A DNA stretch of 64,000 nt, from NCBI GenBank assembly GCA_044222185.1, contig JBGANV010000011.1, positions 113,611 to 177,610 on the forward strand. The letters run 5' to 3'. This DNA is from Planctomycetota bacterium (GTDB taxonomy: Bacteria; Planctomycetota; GCA-002687715; CAIWVZ01). Shown here piece after piece: positions 61,076 to 64,000 of the stretch; the stretch's first letter is position 1, and every line of letters begins with the position of its first letter. Made by a program: the position numbers and the translations under genes. The notes beneath the pieces were generated by a model that did no database searches, was not told where the DNA came from, and saw only the letters and a list, made by a program, of their open reading frames with translations.

Positions 61076-63969
61076 CAGACGGCATTGAAGACCGGCTCGA
61101 TCGGGTCCGGCAGATTTTCCTCGATGCCGTGGCCCTTACGGCGTCGGACCGCGCCGCGTTCCTTGATGCGCAGTGCGACGGCGACCGCGGCATGCGCGCA
61201 GAAATCGAGGAGCTGCTCTCGGCCGCGGTGGGGTCGGAGGGCACCGGCGACGCGAATCTCTTCGTTCAAGGCTTGCTCGGCGGCATCCGCGCAGCCGTGG
61301 AAACCTGCGCGCCGGACCGCCTCATTGGGACTCGAGTGGGCCGCTACCTCATCACCGCGAGGCTGTCCGAGGGCGGAATGGGCGCCGTCTACGAAGCCCA
61401 CCAGGACGAACCCGCGCGCAGAGTGGCGCTAAAGACCATCAGATTTGCCAGGATTGGTGATGAAACGACGCGTTCTCGCTTCAAGCGTGAAATCGCGCAT
61501 CTCGCTCGGCTCGACCACCCCGGCATCGCGAAGATCTACGAAGCCGGAACGCACGATGATCCGGCCATAGGCCTCGTTCCCTACTTCACGATGGAGTTCG
61601 TCCAGGGTGCAGCGTCACTCACGCACGCATGCGAAGCGCGAGGCCTCTCGCGCGCCGACCGGCTGCACCTGCTTGCAGCTGCTTGCGACGCCGTCCACCA
61701 CGCGCACCAGAAGGGGATCATCCACCGCGACCTGAAGCCTTCCAACATCCTCGTAGATCATGCCGGCCGACCAAAGGTCATCGATTTCGGCATCGCGCGG
61801 GCACTCGACGCAGAGGGCGAGACAGTCACACTCGACGGCACCACCCCAGGCACTCCTGAGTACATGAGCCCCGAGCAATGCGACCTTGCTTCGAATGAAG
61901 TGGATGTCCGGTCGGACGTGTTCTCGCTGGGGGTCGTCCTGTTCTCCCTACTCTCCGGTCGGTTGCCCTTTGATTTCCCGGCCGATGCGAGCGCGAGCAC
62001 GAAGATCGCAATCGTCCGCAATACGACGCCAAAGCGGCTGTCGGCGGTCGTCCCCTCGCTCAAGGGCGACCTCGACGCCATCACCGATCGAGCGCTCGCA
62101 ATCGATCCCAACGACCGGTATCAGTCGGCGAACGAGTTCGCGGCCGACATTCGCAGGCACCTGAACCATGAGCCAACCGTCGCAAGACCGCTCACGCTGC
62201 CGGAGCGCGCTGCGCGACTTGTGATCCGCAAGCCCTGGCAGAGCCTGGGCGCTTCGTTGATCGGTGCGCTCGCACTGACGACGGTCGTGCTACTACAGAC
62301 GACGAGAGACCGCCGCCTCGCTGAAGACCGGGCGCAAGCCAGCAGACTGACCGCAGACCTGGCGGATAAGGCCGCGGATCGCGCTCGGCGCGAGGCGCAG
62401 AGGGCCGAAGCTTCCGAATACAACCGAGCCTTGTTGATGGCGGAGGTGGCCCTGCGGGAGAACGACGCGCCGGGCGCCGAACGCATCCTGTCTGAGCATC
62501 TGAGCGCTGGTTGGGAGCATGCGCATCTTCAGAATCGAGTCGGGACGTCGACCGGTGAAGTCAAAGGATTCGATCAACCGGTGGTCGACATTGCTGTCAA
62601 CCCGAACGGAAAGGTCGTGGCGGCCGTGCCCAAGGGCGCGACGTCGATCTGGCTATTCGATGCAGCTCGGCTTGCCCACGAACGCCTCTCTTTGTCCCAG
62701 GCGCTTTCGGTAATTCGCCTGATGGGCCGTACGTGTGGGATCGGGTTTTCGAGCGACGGCACCAGCCTCTGGTGCGCCGAGAATTCGGCATCCGGGCTGT
62801 CGTGCGGCGTCGAGGTCATCGACGTCACCGATCCGTGCTGCCCCAAACGCGGTCCGGTCGTCGCCATGCAGGGGATCGTGAAGTCAGCAGCAGCCGACTT
62901 TCAAGCGGCGAAAATCGCGCTGGGCTTCAACGACGGTGCCATCCGAGTACTGCGAGTTGGGAGTCCGTCGCCGCCGATCGACGTCGACCGTGGCCCAGCC
63001 CAACCGACAACACTCGCATTCTGTCCGAACGGCAGTCGTCTATGCTTGGCGGACGAGCGGCATCAGATACGGCTTTACGACATAGCGGACCCAGCCCATC
63101 CCAGGTGCACGCTGGAAGCCCTCGTCCACTTTCACAATGTCGAGGAAGTCGCCTGGAACCGAGGCAGCTCGCGGCTCGCGACCGCTTCGGGGGACATGAG
63201 CGTGCGGATCCTGGATGCATTTGCGAGCGAAGGCCGCCAGTCCGCAACTGAAATCTGCCAACTTCTGCATAGCAGCGGAATTCAATCCGTCGACTTCGGG
63301 CCGGCGCTTGGTTTCGACGACGGACGATACGCCGTAATCACCGGCGCGGCCGACCGGCTCGTCTCTTTCTGGGACGTTCGTGAACACGTGCCTTTCGCGT
63401 GCTTCCCTACCAGTAGCGGAGTGCCACGGCCGCTCCAAACCCGATTTGGTGGCCACGAGGGTCCCGTGCGGCGGGTGAGAATGAGCGCCGACCATCGCAC
63501 GATCTACTCCGCATCAGACGACATGTCCGTGCGAGCATGGCCGGCATGCGCCATCGAGCCCGTGTTTGCAATCGACGTGCGGGAGACGTCCGTCGTCGCC
63601 GCGAGCTTTAGCCCGGATGGTTCCCGCGTGTGTTCCATGGATGCCAACGGACGCATGGCGGTGTGGAGGGTCGAGACGGGGCTGGGGTCGAGTCCGATCG
63701 CGGTTGGACTCCAGGCGTCCGAGGGCAGCTGTGCGTGGCACCCCCATCTGCCGGTCGTCGCGTGCGCCACGAAGGACGGAGCGATCACGCTCTGGGACCT
63801 GCGCATCGATTCCCAGCCGCAGTGCATTCGGGTTCTATCCCGCGGCGGCGACGACCCTCTCTGTGTGAACGCCGCCCCAAAAGTGCGGCACCCGGGCGCC
63901 CTCGCGGGCGCCGGTCGAAAAGTGAGACGCCGGTGGCAGTGTCCTGCCCCGGGGTCGTGGTGGATCTGA
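61072..63969 (+). CDS. Ser/Thr kinase + TM + WD40 repeats, apparently truncated by an IS insertion at about 63864
   Basis: EGGMG, VALK, HRDLKPSN, DFG, GTPEYMSPEQ and GH...WD repeats. The last ~35 codons are not WD40-like. Confidence 0.88.
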   Translation: MTDGIEDRLDRVRQIFLDAVALTASDRAAFLDAQCDGDRGMRAEIEELLSAAVGSEGTGDANLFVQGLLGGIRAAVETCAPDRLIGTRVGRYLITARLSEGGMGAVYEAHQDEPARRVALKTIRFARIGDETTRSRFKREIAHLARLDHPGIAKIYEAGTHDDPAIGLVPYFTMEFVQGAASLTHACEARGLSRADRLHLLAAACDAVHHAHQKGIIHRDLKPSNILVDHAGRPKVIDFGIARALDAEGETVTLDGTTPGTPEYMSPEQCDLASNEVDVRSDVFSLGVVLFSLLSGRLPFDFPADASASTKIAIVRNTTPKRLSAVVPSLKGDLDAITDRALAIDPNDRYQSANEFAADIRRHLNHEPTVARPLTLPERAARLVIRKPWQSLGASLIGALALTTVVLLQTTRDRRLAEDRAQASRLTADLADKAADRARREAQRAEASEYNRALLMAEVALRENDAPGAERILSEHLSAGWEHAHLQNRVGTSTGEVKGFDQPVVDIAVNPNGKVVAAVPKGATSIWLFDAARLAHERLSLSQALSVIRLMGRTCGIGFSSDGTSLWCAENSASGLSCGVEVIDVTDPCCPKRGPVVAMQGIVKSAAADFQAAKIALGFNDGAIRVLRVGSPSPPIDVDRGPAQPTTLAFCPNGSRLCLADERHQIRLYDIADPAHPRCTLEALVHFHNVEEVAWNRGSSRLATASGDMSVRILDAFASEGRQSATEICQLLHSSGIQSVDFGPALGFDDGRYAVITGAADRLVSFWDVREHVPFACFPTSSGVPRPLQTRFGGHEGPVRRVRMSADHRTIYSASDDMSVRAWPACAIEPVFAIDVRETSVVAASFSPDGSRVCSMDANGRMAVWRVETGLGSSPIAVGLQASEGSCAWHPHLPVVACATKDGAITLWDLRIDSQPQCIRVLSRGGDDPLCVNAAPKVRHPGALAGAGRKVRRRWQCPAPGSWWI

Positions 63970-64000
63970 GGGAGTTCCTCGGTGTCCAACCCTCTCCGTG
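63864..64000 (+). mobile_element. Probable IS21-family terminal repeat (element continues beyond the window)
   Basis: Starts TGTGAACGCC and has tandem subterminal repeats GCCGCCCCAAAAGTGCGGC and GCCGGTCGAAAAGTGAGAC. Confidence 0.65.

Overview
GC-rich bacterial accessory region, most likely from a Planctomycetota genome. This is inferred from two TIGR02999-like ECF sigma + Ser/Thr kinase pairs and the style of the secreted proteins. No rRNA, tRNA or CRISPR array was recognised. The main theme is 12 intact secreted proteins plus 1 decayed one. Their N-terminal passengers are unrelated (beta-helix, ELWxxDGT/HYR, WSALGSG propeller, FG-GAP, LamG-like, C-type lectin, lipase-like), yet each ends in one of about 5 related 110-150 aa C-terminal modules, which look like an interchangeable sorting or surface-anchoring tag system. 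Other highlights are a hidden EF-hand/deiodinase-like selenoprotein (in-frame UGA at 21457-21459 with a GGUC-loop SECIS hairpin, split into two ORFs in the track), a TIR + pterin-4a-carbinolamine dehydratase fusion, and an EF-Tu-domain-III-like + Imm40-like fusion. Mobile DNA includes an intact IS1182-like element, a deleted IS1595, an IS21-like end interrupting a kinase, and DUF4338, RAYT and integrase remnants. All family assignments come from motif recognition by eye, not from database searches.
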